A DNA stretch of 59,175 bases from Chiloscyllium plagiosum (GCF_004010195.1 NC_057749.1:24699697-24758871); one strand, 5' to 3'. Shown: positions 35,951-49,802, numbered from the stretch's first letter. Made by a program: numbers and translations. The notes: generated by a model not told the origin, from the sequence alone.

Positions 35951-38401
35951 ATGGATCCCAGGGCTTCAGTTATTACCCCATCAATCAATAGTCACTTTGG
36001 CCAAGTGAAGGCACCCCTGATAATTGTACTGAGCCAGTGAAGGTGGGTCAGTTAGACCAGGAAGTGTTCATTTGAATGGATGGAAAGTTGGGAATGTTCC
36101 TTTACCAATATCCACTCTTGCCCATCGGATTCCCTTGTGTCTATTACATGCTGTTAATAATTACGTGGAATGCTGGTAGGACCCCCACATGTGATGCCCA
36201 ACCCTAGGTGGTCTTGAACTGAGCGACAATTAAGAATTCAGGAAGATTATCCAAATACACTCTTTTTATTTAAATAGATAATGGAAACAAAGTTAACCGA
36301 GGAACTGAAACTGTAAATCATCTCTCAAATTTGGAAGACATAAGATTAAATTTTCAAAATCCGTGTAGAAACATTATATAAAACACCCCTTGCTGTGGGT
36401 TTGGAATCCATGTAGGCCTCACAGGGCGAGCACAAAGAATCTCCTTCCCTAAAGACTCCCCTACTCAAAGCTTTTGAATTCTTCATGACTTCCAGTCACA
36501 GAGCCGGTCTTCCTTTGAAACGCCCTATGACCTTTCTCATGGCTTCCCCTTGATTGCGTCAGGGAGATTTAACAGAGAAGGCTTACAAGGCAACAGGGGG
36601 TCATTTGTTCCAACATGCCTGTGTGTTGGCTCTCTATAAAAGTCTCGTCCCATCCACCTTCTTCCTGCATCCCTGCAAATGTTTTCTCTTCTGATTCCCT
36701 TTATGAACTTGATCACAGTGTGTGCGTTGCTTCCAATAGGCCCATCAGGCGTACAATCCCAGCTTAAATCAGTATCTTCATTCAAGCTCCTGACCCTTTT
36801 TCATCAATGGTAGGGTTACCGAACCCCCGTGGCCTGGAATCTCCAGGACTCTCTGGGACACTGTTGTGGACGGTCCAGGAGAAAAATCACAGGGATATTA
36901 CAGAAGACTGTATTCTTTTAAAAGCATTATCTTTGAAAGTTTCTCTTCACCAGATGTAAAAATATTTAAAGAAAGAGAAAGAAACACTGTATGTAGGACA
37001 GTCAAACATCACCTTGCCTTCCAGTTGATGTGGGGGGTGGGGGTGGAGGTGGGGGGGACTAGAGTGCCACAAAGATGGAGGTGTTGGCCAACTCTAGGCT
37101 GGAATGGGGTGTGGGGGAGGGGTGTGGTTAAGTCATGGGTTGAAGCCTCCAGGACTCCATTTGATCACAGTTGACAGCCCAATGTGGATCATTTCTCCTT
37201 AACTACTCGGCCTAGATCTCTCAATGGTCCATTCCTCGGGACAAACTTGGAGGGTGGACTGACAGACACCACCTTACACCATCTGCTCACCAGAAATATC
37301 AAATCTTAAAACAAAGCCCTGCTATAAACAGCCACAATGTGCTTATAAAACATCACCACCTATAGTCTGTATTTCTTTCCAACGTTTTCAAACTCTCTAA
37401 GAAAGGACAGAAAAGATTCTTCATCGGCCTGAAGAAAATAGGGATGCTGTTTTCTATATAAAAAAATAGGACTGGTGGGAAAAGTTCAAACACACATTAA
37501 AAATAAAAGGTTTCCACTTTGGTCAAGGCTTTGTCCCTGTTTTTGTTTCCCAATGCCTGCTGCCTTAACTAATTCCACTAATGACTAGGAGACAAAAACA
37601 GCTGCAGTGTATCCAATAATACGTAACAATCATTATTCCTTAAATGGTCTGGGAAAATGCCTAGTCTTTACTGCCAGCAGGAAGTTTACGGATAAGATCA
37701 CTTCATTCCCAATTTTCAGATACTTAAAACATTTTTCTTCCCTTGCCTATAAAATATTTGGATTTTGGTTTCTAGAGCCAAGATTAATAAACTGGCAACT
37801 GGTACGTTTTACTTTCCATGATACTGCTGACAAGGAGTGGTCATTTTAATGACCAGCATGATACAGAAAGCAGCTGAAGATATTCACACAGAACATGTTT
37901 GGTTCGGACATGGTATTGGAAAGGGTTTGATTGTGTCTCAGTTAAACATTGTGCACAGTAATGCCGAGGGGAGTAGGAAAACATACAGTGATCTTACTGG
38001 TCAAGTCAGATTAATTCTCAGGAGACAAAGGCAGAAGTTGCTGGAAAAGCTCAGCAGGTCTAGCAGCATCTGTGGAGAGAAATCAGAGTTGACATTTCGT
38101 GTCAGTTCTGAGGAAGGATCACTTGACAAGAAATATTAACTCTGATTTCTCTCCATAGATGCTGCCAGGCTTGCTGAATTTTTCAGAAATTTCCGTTTTT
38201 GTTTCTGATTTATAGCATCCGCAGTTTTTGCGTTAATCCTCTAGAGACATGGGTTCAGATCCCACCATTAAATATTGAATTAAATGCAATTAATTCATAA
38301 ATCCGCAGTGAAATGTTAGTCACATTAATGACAATCATGAAACGATCGTGCAAACATGAAAATAATCACATTACTTTGCTAATAAACATCTTTAGTGCCT
38401 G

Positions 38402-38586
38402 AAAACAAAAACACAAAATGCTGGAAAATCTCAGCAGGTCTGGTAGCATCTGTAAGGAGAGAAAAGAGCCGACGTTTCGAGTCGTCAGCTCTTTTCTCTC
38501 CTTACAGATGCTACCAGACCTGCTGAGATTTTCCAGCATTTTCTCTTTTTGTTTTCATATTCCAGCATCCGTAGTAATTTGCTTTT
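38402..38586. mobile_element. PLE fold-back element, family D, 14-bp TSD (related arm near 32030-32130)
   Basis: ATCTTTAGTGCCTG at 38388-38401 and 38587-38600. Arms AAAATGCTGGAAAATCTCAGCAGGTCTGGTAGCATCTGTAAGGAGAGAAAAGAGC and its inverse, with GACTCGAAACGTC (minus) at the centre. Confidence 0.82.
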
Positions 38587-39986
38587 ATCTTTAGTGCCTG
38601 GTGTGGCCTACAGGTGACTCCAGATACACAACAGTTCAAATTTATTCATTCATGGGTTGAGGGTTTTGCTGGCAAAGGCAGCATTGATTGCCCATCCTGA
38701 ATTGCCCCATTGCTGTGAGTCTGGAATCACATGTAAGCCAGAATAGGTAAGGATGGCAGTTTCACCCCCTCAATGACATTAGTGAATCAGATGGGTTTTT
38801 CCAACAATTGGCAATGGATTTATGGTCATTGTTAGACTCCTAATTCCAGACTTTTCCCCCTTTTTTAATTGGATTCAAATTCCACCATTTGGCATCTCAG
38901 GATTTGTACCAGGTCCCTGGGGTTTTATCTGGGTCTCTGGATTAACAGTCCAGTTATAATACCACTAAGCCACTGCCTCCCCTATTAAATGCTGTCTGAA
39001 ATGAAGCTATAGAGATATTTAGTTCAAAGACACCTAGGAATGGATGACAAATGCTGCTCTGGCTAGTGATGCTCACATCCCAAAAACAAATTAAGAAAAT
39101 GTGTTGGCCTGATTTTCTCTCCCAAGTTGGAAGGGCAGAGTTATGAAAGCCTCAGCAGCCTTACCCAAACCAAAAGAGAAAATGTTCCAGACAGTTGGAT
39201 TTTGGTTCTGGCTAGACTTTTTGGGGGTCAGGTATGTTTATGTGCATCACGACTCTTGGTGAATTCAATTAAAAATACTCTAACTGATAATATTTCAATT
39301 TAATTTGACTTCATTTAACTTCCTTCAGCTCCATAATCTCCCTATAGAAACAAATATTTGTATTCGTAGCCCCACTTCTAAGACTTCATGAGCACACCGA
39401 GATGTCAATCAAATGTTTAACTGACTGGCACCCCACTATGTTAATGATAGATTGTGAAATCAGTCACACAGCACAAATCTTATAATTACACCCCTCAGCC
39501 TTATGTCAACAGACAGAGTTAAATAACAGATATTGATTTCACAGAATGGTTTTCAATGCTTTTATGGCAAGGAGATTTAAATGCTTTGATGGTTTCACAG
39601 TTCCTTTTGGGTATTTTTGAAATGTCAGCTCTCCAGAAAGTAAACATTCTCTGAATGTTTTAAATAATGACTGTGACTGTACCAACTGGAAGTGCCACCA
39701 TCATCTACTCAAACAACTAGAGATGGGCAGTAAACATTGGCCTCCCAGTGTCACCCGTGTCCTAGGGATGAATTAAAGAATGAGCTACTCTTTCTGAACT
39801 TGGCAACACTAACACACACAGTTACCCAACTGTAGTGTACAATGTCATGTTTGCAAATGGAAGGCACTATTTGTCACAAATTGTTCTGAAATCCCGGATG
39901 CTAACACTGACAGCATGACTTAATGGTATCTATCCAAAATATCTGAGATACCTTTCGGAGATTCACTGCCACTAAATCCTTTTTAT

Positions 39987-40265
39987 TGTTCTGAGACTGA
40001 ATGATTGATGTTGAGTGAGGTTGGATGCCTACACAGAGTTTTGAGCAGAAGAGAGGCTGCGCAAGAGGTTTATTACATAGTGCTTAATATCTAGTTTCAT
40101 TACATTTGATATAGATAACAGTGTCTTCTGAGACATGAGATTAAACTTAAGAGTGATTACACATTACTATTTGGAAACATAGGACTTAGAACTGGGGATG
40201 CAAGCACCAGTCCTTTATATCCTGATGGGTGGAGCTTATCCTATGATATAATTAGCCTATTAACA
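39987..40265 (-). mobile_element. Solo-LTR-like repeat, copy 2
   Basis: TGTT...AACA termini. The minus strand has TATAAAG followed later by AATAAA. Homologous to 4439-4740. Confidence 0.55.
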
Positions 40266-41174
40266 TAATTTAATAATATAAAATGCAGTATAATATTACT
40301 TAATTCTTTCAGCCATTAACTGCTTGAAACAACAAATGACATCTACAACCAACCAAACAGAAGTAATTAACAAACCCCACCTTCCCAAAATTTTAAATGC
40401 CACTTTCATCTTTGCACCGTGTGACATGTGATCATTCTCAAGTAAACCGTTAACAAGCACTTGAGAAATCTAAAGATTTCATCCTTCCTGGAGATGGGAG
40501 AAATTTGAGTTCTGCTCAGGCAGAGACTGGAAAGCTCTTTTTGTTTTGGATGGAGGAGCCCTGAGAATCGTGGGAATGGAACGCTACGGAAAGTGACCTT
40601 TCATCTGGGATGGCTAAAAGTGGATCCAAAGTGTGAAACTGCCAGGGGAAAACCAAAAGGTTGAAAATTGTCAGCCTCTCAGATCGTTATGTAACCGATT
40701 TATTTTAAAGCTGAGTTAAATAATTTATGGCTTTAAGGATTGGTCATTTTCCATAGGCCATTCTGTTTGAAGAATTGCCTGCAAAAGCAATTGAGAACAG
40801 AACTTAGACTCGACTTTGTCCAAGTTTCTTTCTCGGTGGTGTTTAAAGGCACAATGTTATTGATGTCGCTGCTTTAAATGGTATTAATGGTCAAATCCTC
40901 ATGACATTCCTGTAAAAACACAAGCATACTTCTGCAGGAGGTCCAAAACTTTAACTCTGTTGCTCTCTCCGCCGACGCTGCCAGACCTGCTGAGTTTCTG
41001 CAATGTTTCCTGCTCTTGTTTTTCCTTAATTCCAATTTCATAACCATTCAGAAGAGTGGGAGCAGCAATGTCGTAGGAACATGACCAGCCCAATCTCCCT
41101 CGCCAAGTCAAAGGCCTCGGTATGTTTGGTCATTGCTTCACCACTTTAACTTGCCGCCCACACAGGAGCACCAA

Positions 41175-42390
41175 TAGAATCATACAAACAGACAAACAGG
41201 GAACAAGGGTAGGTTACTCGGCCCTTCTAGCCTGCTCCCCCATTCAGTAAGATCATGGCTGATCTAGACTCATAGAACTGTACAGCACAGAAACAGATCC
41301 TTCGGTCCAACTCATCCATGCTGACCAGATGTCCTAAACTAATCTAGTCCCACTTGTCAGCATTGAGCCTATATCCTTTTCAGCCCTTCCTATAATTGTA
41401 ACCTACATTCCTGCATATCCCCGAATATCTTTCATCCTCTTGGTAATCACAATTCTATCGCCCTCTGCCTTAAAAATATTTAAAGGTTCTGCATCCACTG
41501 CCTTTTGAGCAGGGGAATTCCAAAGTCTCTCTATCCTCTGAGAAAAGATACTTCCTCATTTCTGTATTAAATGGATGTCCTCTTATTTTTAAGCTATGAC
41601 CCCTAGTTCTACATTCTCCCACGAGACAGAGTGTGTGTGTACATGCGTGTGTATGTCTACAGCATAGAAACAGGCCCTTTGGCCCACTATGTCTATACAA
41701 ACCAACTAACACCATACTACACTAAAGCCATTTACCTGCACTTGGTCCATAGCCAACTATGGCCTGGCAATCTAAACATTCACCCCGGTACTTCTTAATT
41801 GTTGCAAGACTACCCTCTCAGGCAGCACATAAGAATCATAGAATGTCTACAATGTGGAAGTAGGCTATTCGGTCCATCAAGTTCACACCAACCCTCCAAA
41901 GAGCATCCCTGTAACCCTGCATTTCCCATGGCTAACCCACCTAGCCTGCACACTACAGGCAAACAACCATGGCCAATCCATCTAACCTGCATACCTTTGG
42001 ACTGTGGGAGGAAACCAGAGCACCCGGTGGAAACCCATGCAGACACGGGGAGAACGTGCAAACTCCACACCGCCAGTCGCCTGAGGGTGGGATCGAACTC
42101 GGGTTCCTGGTGCTGTGAGGCAACAGTGCTAATCACTGAGCCACCGTGCCACTCATATTGAAACAGTCTTTCCACATCCACCCGGTCAAGTTCCCAAAGG
42201 TCTTATATGTTTCAATTAAGCTACTCCTTCCTCTTCTAAATTCCAGAGGATACAGCCCTACCCTGTCCAGCCTTTCGTCATAAGGTAATTCACTCATTCC
42301 AGGCGTTAGTCTTGTAAACCTTCTCTGAACAGTTTCCAGCACATTAACATCCTTTCATATGTATGGTGGTCAGTACTGTACACTACAGAA
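41175..42390 (-). mobile_element. Nested CR1 fragments with an HE1-type SINE (41833-42152 minus)
   Basis: ORFs 41470-41715 and 42133-42342 are CR1 ORF2 C-terminal pieces, with SINE motifs between them. Confidence 0.75.
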
Positions 42391-45300
42391 TCATGAAGTA
42401 CAGAAGAGGCCTTTCGGCCCATTGAGTCTGTACTGCCAGTACTCCAGATGTGGACTCACCAATTACCTGTAGGGCTCACCAGCAACCATGGCTACTAAGA
42501 ATGGCTATCGATGTGGACCTTGCCAGTGTACAATGCTGAAATTTAAAAATCCCCCGGTTGCAAATTATTGTGACTGACTCCTCAGCATTTAAGGGCCTAA
42601 CGGTCACTTAGGAGCCTTAACTTGCCACCTCCCCTGTCCCTTGCCTGTCATTGGGTGAGGAAAGTGGCCTAATTTCCTGACTGGAAAATACAGGGAACCT
42701 GTCTGCTGGGCAGAAGCGGTGTGCCTCTCCATTCGCCCCGATCTGGAGCCAGTTAGGGGCAAGGGGTGGATGCTTTTGACCCTCGTGAACCCCATGACCC
42801 CCAACCCTGGGAAGGGTAGGCAATGGCCTGGAGGTATTAATGCTAGACAATTGATTCAGGTCACCTTCTGGTTTGAATCCTACCATGGTAGATGGTGGAA
42901 TTTGAATTCAGTCATGATCTGGAAATAAGAGTCTAATGATGGCCATGAAACCACCATCGGTTGAGAGGAAGAACTCAATGGGTTCACTAATGTCCATTAG
43001 AGGAAGAAACTGCTATCCTTAACTGGTTGGGACTCCTGACTCACAGCAATGTGGTAATTAGGGAATGACAATAAATACTGGTTTAGACAGTAACATTTTC
43101 ATCCTGTGAATGAATTAAAAGAAAAGAAAACCAAAAGATGATTGACCTCCTCGCTGTTGGATCCCCTGCAGACCAGGTCTCCAGCGACAAGCTCAAGACC
43201 TCAGAAGGTGCCGGCCTCTGATTGGCTAGTGTTGGCTTCTGTTGAGGTGGGAATTCAACATCCAGGCCTGCTATTCGCTGAGAATCTCCCTGGTCAAGCT
43301 GATTGGTGTTTGATCTGGTGGGTAGAGTGTCAGTCACCATTCAACAGCCAGACCCGCACACAGGCTGCAAGATTGAACACCTCGGCCATTAGGCTCGAAT
43401 AAAGAGGTCATTAAGGCGTGCCTTGAATGGAGCAGTGTGAGAAAGACAGGGTAGTTCAGAGCTTGGGGCAGTGAATGGCGGAGTGGTTAAAATCAGGGAT
43501 GCTCAAGGGGCCCGAAGTAGAGGAACTCAGATATTCTGCAGGATTAAGGAGCTGGAAGCCAGAAATAGGTAGAAGTGAGACTAGAGACCATAGGGCAGCT
43601 CTCTCTCCTTCGAGAGAGATGACTGGGTGGTGCTTCAACCTGAGGGTCACTGTGCCTCAGGCAGTGGCAGAGGTTGAGAAGTAAAATCCTTCATGGTAAC
43701 CTCAGCCAGCGTGGGAATTGAACCCACGCTATTGGCATCTCTTTAACACAAACCGACCTCCAATAGAATAGAATAGAATTAGCTTTATTGTCACATGTAC
43801 TCAAATGAATACAGTGAAAAGTCTACAAGTTGCTGATTACGATACCATCTTATGTTACAAGGTCCTTAGATACAGTTTCTTCAGTTACAGTTCTTAGAAA
43901 AATAGAGAACTAAAAAGTCCAGCATTGCGGATTTTAGGAGCAACTTACAAAAAGATGACTGAACATTCCACAAGTGTATTTTAAAATTATGTTATTTATT
44001 TAAATTATCCATGCTGATGAAGTCATGCCAGGCTGGAAGCATTAACTCTGTTTTTCTCTCTTTCTCCACAGATACTGCCAGGTCATTTGGTTTCAACATT
44101 TCCAGCATCCACAGTATTTTGCTTTCATTTCAAATTCTTTCTGAGAGTGGACTATCCTTCCCAGATAATCTGAAAGTGGGGCTGATTTCCTTCTTTCAGT
44201 GTAAAGGATCTCCTGGTCGTAAGGTTCAAAGGTCAATCGTTCAGGGAGTGCTGTTTGGAACGACCTACTCACTCACTCTGTTTACTTGGAGCTTCAGAGG
44301 TCTGTCAGAATATATGGACAGGCAATTGCCCCTGTTTTTCCAGCCTGCATGGGGACCATTTAAGCCAAGTAAAACACGCAGAATACTTTTGAGATGCAGT
44401 AACAGCTATTTATTGCAGCAAAATGTCCCAAAGCGATTCATGTGGGGTATAATCATACAAAACAAATCCTGAGTGAAAGAAGGAGGCGAATCGGACAGGA
44501 GTCAAAAGGTTTCGACATAGACTCAGTTTCTAAGGAGCACAAGAGAGGCACAGGGATTCAAGTAGAAAACGTGACTTTCTCAGCAGAAGGTATATTCACC
44601 AATTGAAAGGGGAACGGCATCAGAAAAGCAGAAAAAAGCCAGAATTTCAAAAATACAGACAGTTGTCAGATTACAGTTACATGGAGAGTCTGAAATTGGG
44701 AATGCAAAAGTGAAGCAGGAAGTGAGAAAATTCGTCAATCGGGACACAATGTAGGAGTATATTGAGTTAATAGATCAGTCAGCAAAGGATGAACTGGAGT
44801 TGGAAACAGAGTATTTCGATGACTCGATGGCTAACATTTATATTTTGGCAGTTTTATATTTATTGTAATCAGTTTTAGAAACTTTCATCGCCATCCATTT
44901 CCAGAACCCAGTTGAATCTTGGGCAGACTTAAAAGTTTTTCCCTCGGAACTGAACAGCCCAGGCTTTCCAATGAGAAAACAAAATGGCTGAAGCTCAGTG
45001 TCAAAGGTCGCATCCTATGTTTTATGTAGGGGTGAACGTTGCCTCCAATCTGGACAGGATTTTCACATGAACTCGAGAAATCTGCTGCAGCTGGCAGCTA
45101 TTATATGGGAATTCACACATGTGTGTTATTGTGTTCCTCTCGTGTGGTTTTTATCATTCCACTGGGTAAGGTAAATATCAATTGCTGCCATAAACTCGAT
45201 TCATTTCAAACAAAAGTATGGTTCTCATTCTCATAATGTGTGAAAGGACTAAGTCTCGGTATCTGTGAAAGAAACAAGAACCTGCAGGTTGTTATTGTCA

Positions 45301-46945
45301 AACAGCTTTCGAGGTGCGGTATTTCTAAGCAGGATCTGATCTTTAAAATCTACATTGGAACCTTTGTTTTATTCAGTCACAGGATGAGGGCCCTGCTGCT
45401 TAGGCCTGTATTTATTGTCCATCCCTAATTGCCCAGAGGACAGTTAAGAGTCAACCACATTGCTGTGGGTCTGGAGTCACATGTAGGCCAGACCAAGTAA
45501 GGACATCAGTCTCCTTCCCTAAAGGACCGTAAGACCATAAGATATGGGAGCAGAAATTAGGCCATTCAGCCCATCAAGTCTGCTCTGCCATTCAATCATG
45601 GTTGATAAGTTTCTTAACCCCATTCTCCTGCTTTCTTCCTATAACCTTTAATTCCCTTGATATTCAGGAGCCTATCTATCGATCTTAAATATACTCAATG
45701 ACCTGGCCCCCTCAGCCTTCTGAGGCAATGAATTCCATAGATTCCTCACTCTCTGGCTGAAGAAGTTTCTCCTTATCTCCATTCTAAAAGGGTCTTCCCT
45801 TTACTCTAAGGCTGTGCCCTCAGGTCCTAGTGTCTCCTACCAATGGAAACATCTTCCCAACATTAGTGTACCCAACCGGTTCTATGGAAGGGTCACTCGA
45901 CCTGAAACGTTAACTCTGATTTCTCTCCATGGATGCTGCCAGACCTGCTGAGCTTTTTCACGTAATTTCTGTTTCTGTTTCTGATTTCCAGCATCTGCAG
46001 TTCTTCTGGTTTTTAAGTTGTAGTGATGCAGGTGGGTTTTTCCTGACAATGGTTTCATGGTAATCGTTCAACTCTTAGTTCCAGGGCTTTTTGTTTTAGA
46101 AAACTGAATTCAAATTCCACCATCTGCCAGGGCAGGATTCGAACCTGGCTCCCCAGAGCATTAGCCAGATCCCTGGATGAACAGTCCAGTGATAATCCCA
46201 CCAGGGTAGGCATAATTGACGCTGAACACGTGCCCGTGACGATCTGGATTATTATTACGGGAGCATACGTGCCTGGCTCTTTCTAGAGCCAGAAATTGTG
46301 GTGCTGGAAAAGCACAGCAGATCAGGCAGCAACTGAGGAGCAGAAGCCGGGGATAGCGACAGGGATGAGGGCAAGTGTGACACATGGAAACCCCACTCCA
46401 CCCCCACTCCCACACCACCACCCTGCCCCACCCCACCCTACCATTGTAGTTCATGTATCCGTTATTGTTTTGGGAGACAGGCTGTTGGAAAAGTGGGTGG
46501 CTGACTGAAGGTCTGTCCAAACCCAGTGTAACCTACTGATCCTTTTAACTGACCAGTGGAAGAAATCTGAATGAATTGGTTCCTGTCTCCAGATTGGGAA
46601 TGGCTCTGGCCACCACTGCTGCACTCCAGCAGATTGGAAAGAGTCTGCTGGTCCTTTTAGCTCGTCCCACATGCTTGGGTATGTAGGAGGAGAAGTAGGC
46701 CATTCAGCCTATCAAGCCTGCCCCACCATTCCATGCCATCATGTCTGTTCAAACACTTCCAGAAACACTTGGACAAATACATGAATAGGGAGGGAATAGA
46801 AGGATATGGATCCTGTAAGTGAAGACAGTTTTAGTATGGACGGGCAAAATGTGTTGGTGCACTTGGAGGGCCAAACAGCCTGTTCCTGCGCTGTATTGTT
46901 CTTTGTTCTTCTTTGCTTCAATGCCTTTTACTCACCCCATCCGTA

Positions 46946-47122
46946 GGTAAAAACAATGACTGCAGATGCTGGAAACCAGATTCTGGATTAGAGTGGTGCT
47001 GGAAAAGCACAGCAGTTCAGGCAGCATCCGAGGAGCAGGAAAGGAGGGTGGGGGAAGGTAGCAAAGAATACAATGGGTGAATGGGGGTGGGGATGAAGGT
47101 GATCTACAATGAAGGAATCGAC
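46946..47122 (-). mobile_element. Deleted PLE 3' end (arm plus part of the pyrimidine-rich 3' UTR), 16-bp TSD
   Basis: ACTCACCCCATC(C/T)GTA at 46930-46945 and 47123-47138. Confidence 0.72.
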
Positions 47123-47167
47123 ACTCACCCCATCTGTATAACTCTGTAGGCCACTTTTAATCAGAAG

Positions 47168-47590
47168 TTGGCTCAGTGGTTGGCACTGCAGCCTCACAGC
47201 GCCAGGGACCCGGGTTCGATTCCAGCCTCGGGCAACTGGCTGTGTGGAGTTTGCACATTCTTCCCTGTGTCTGCGTGGGTTTCTTCCCTAGTCCCAAATT
47301 GTGCAGGTCAGGTGAATTGGCCATGGGAAATTTCGATTCCAGCCTCGGGCAACTGGCTGTGTGGAGTTTGCACATTCTTCCCTGTGTCTGCGTGGGTTTC
47401 TTCCCATAGTCCCAAATTGTGCAGGTCAGGTGAATTGGCCATGGGAAATTGCCCAAAGTGTTCAGAGATGTTTAGGTCAGGAGGAAATGTAGGGGAATGG
47501 GTCTGGGTGGGTCACGTTTTGGAGGGTCAGTGTGGACTTGTTGGGCTGAAGAGCCTGTTTCCACACTGTAGGGATTTTATGGATTCTACC
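47168..47590 (+). mobile_element. HE1-type SINE with an internal ~117-bp tandem duplication
   Basis: TTCGATTCCAGCCTCGGGCAAC...GGCCATGGGAAAT occurs at 47215-47331 and 47332-47449. Confidence 0.85.
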
Positions 47591-48557
47591 TTAAACATAT
47601 TCAAAGACTGGCCCTCCACAGCTCTCTGTAGAGTTAAGAATTCCAGTGGTTCATAAGCCTCTGAGTAAAAGAACTTCTCCTAATCTCAGACCTAAGTGGC
47701 ATCCCACTTATATTTAAAATAGTGCCTCTGGATTTAGACTCCCCAATGTTACTTGCAACCCCCTGAATCAGATGCTTAAGGTTTCAATGAGATCACAGCT
47801 CACTCTTCAAAACTCTAAAGAGTGCAGCCCCAGTTTACCCAATCTCTCTTCATAGGTCAGTCCCACTAACCCGAGAACAAACTGGGTGAACATACCTATT
47901 TGAACTTGTGCCTGACAAAAATGTGCGCTCCATTCCCCATTGTTCAGGGGAGAGTCTAACAAAAAAAGGTGATAATTCAGTTAAGGACTACAGAAATTGG
48001 GTAATTCCTCTCCCTGCTAACTTAGGTGATTGAGCTCCACCCACACTGGCCCTTCTTAATGTTACTGGGTATACCGGGTCAACAAATACATTGTTAGCAA
48101 TCATTTCAAGAGCAGAGATACACTGCTGAGGCTGTATAAGGCTCTGGTCAAACTGCATTTGGAATATTGCAAGCAGTTTTGGCCACTGTATCTGAGGAAG
48201 GATGCCTTAGAGAGGAGGTCCAGAGGAGCTTTACAATAACGATCCCACGGATGAAGGGCTTGTCATACAAGAAGTGGTTGAGGACTCTGGGTCTGTACTC
48301 GATCGAGTTTGGAAAGACGACGGAGCATCTGATTGAAATTTGCCGAATCCTGATGGGCCTGGTTAGACCGGACGTGGAGAAGTTGTTTCCACAAGGAGGA
48401 GAGACTAGGAGCCGAGATGTGGAGCAATTTCTTCAGCCGGAGGGTGGTGAATCCGTGAAACTCATTGTCACAGAGGGCTGTGGAGGCCAAGTCATTGTGT
48501 GTATTCAGACAGAGATAGCTAAATTCTGAAGAAAGACCACTGGACCTGAAACATTAA

Positions 48558-49802
48558 TAGAACATAGAAAAATACAGCACAGTACAGGCCCTTTGGCCCT
48601 CGATGTTGCGCCGATCCAAGCCCACCTAACCTACACTAGCCCACTATCCTCCATATGCCTATCCAATGCCCGTTTAAATGCCCATAAAGAGGGAGAGTCC
48701 ACCACTGCTACTGGCAGGGCATTCCATGAACTCACGACTCGCTGAGTAAAGAATCTACCCCTAACATCTGTCCTATACCTACCACCCCTTAATTTAAAGC
48801 TATGCCCCCTCGTAATAGCTGACTCCATACATGGAAAAAGGTTCTCATGGTCAACCCTATCTAAACCCCTAATCATCTTGTACACCTCTATCAAGTCACC
48901 CCTAAACCTTCTTTTCTCCAATGAAAACAGCCCCAAGTGCCTCAGCCTTTCCTCACACAATCTTCCTACCATACCAGGCAACATCCTGGTAAACCTCCTC
49001 TGCACCCGTTCCAGTGCCTCCACATCCTTCCTATAGTATGACGACCAAAACNNNNNNNNNNNNNNNNNNNNNNNNNNNNNNNNNNNNNNNNNNNNNNNNN
49101 NNNNNNNNNNNNNNNNNNNNNNNNNNNNNNNNNNNNNNNNNNNNNNNNNNNNNNNNNNNNNNNNNNNNNNNNNNNNNNNNNNNNNNNNNNNNNNNNNNNN
49201 NNNNNNNNNNNNNNNNNNNNNNNNNNNNNNNNNNNNNNNNNNNNNNNNNNNNNNNNNNNNNNNNNNNNNNNNNNNNNNNNNNNNNNNNNNNNNNNNNNNN
49301 NNNNNNNNNNNNNNNNNNNNNNNNNNNNNNNNNNNNNNNNNNNNNNNNNNNNNNNNNNNNNNNNNNNNNNNNNNNNNNNNNNNNNNNNNNNNNNNNNNNN
49401 NNNNNNNNNNNNNNNNNNNNNNNNNNNNNNNNNNNNNNNNNNNNNNNNNNNNNNNNNNNNNNNNNNNNNNNNNNNNNNNNNNNNNNNNNNNNNNNNNNNN
49501 NNNNNNNNNNNNNNNNNNNNNNNNNNNNNNNNNNNNNNNNNNNNNNNNNNNNNNNNTCAAAGGATTCAATAAGGTTTGTGAGGCACGACCTGCCCTTCAC
49601 AAAACTATGCTGACTATCCTTGATCACATTATTCCTATCCAGATGTTCATAAAATCCTATCCCTTACAATTCTCTCTAAGACATTGCCCACAACAGAAGT
49701 GAGACTCACTGGCCTATAGTTACTAGGGTTATCCCTACTCCCCTTCTTGAACAAGGGAACCACATTTGCTATCCTCCAGTCTTCTGGCACTATTCCTGTA
49801 GA
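48558..49802 (-). mobile_element. Young CR1-clade LINE ORF2 (gap 49052-49556) inserted in a family B PLE arm
   Basis: EDWRIANVVPLFKKGSRDNPSNYRPVSLTSVVG, SQHSFVKGRSCLTNLIE, ALERVQRRFTRMLPG...WNALP. The flanks rejoin as GAAACATTAA|CTCTGCTTTCT. Confidence 0.88.

Noticed and set aside
36812..36865. TAGGGTTACC/CTCCAGGA hAT-like terminal remnant (similar at 32740-32795)
   Set aside because: No matching opposite terminus or TSD could be found, and it is too degenerate to call.
44200..44310. Microexon candidates on both strands (CKGSPGR; PLKLQVNR)
   Set aside because: These are short chance-level splice matches with no recognisable protein.
45030..45165. Possible 136-nt exon (TAG|GGGTGAA...CTGG|GTAAGG) with one open frame
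   Set aside because: The acceptor is weak and the peptide is unrecognisable and random-looking, so support is insufficient.
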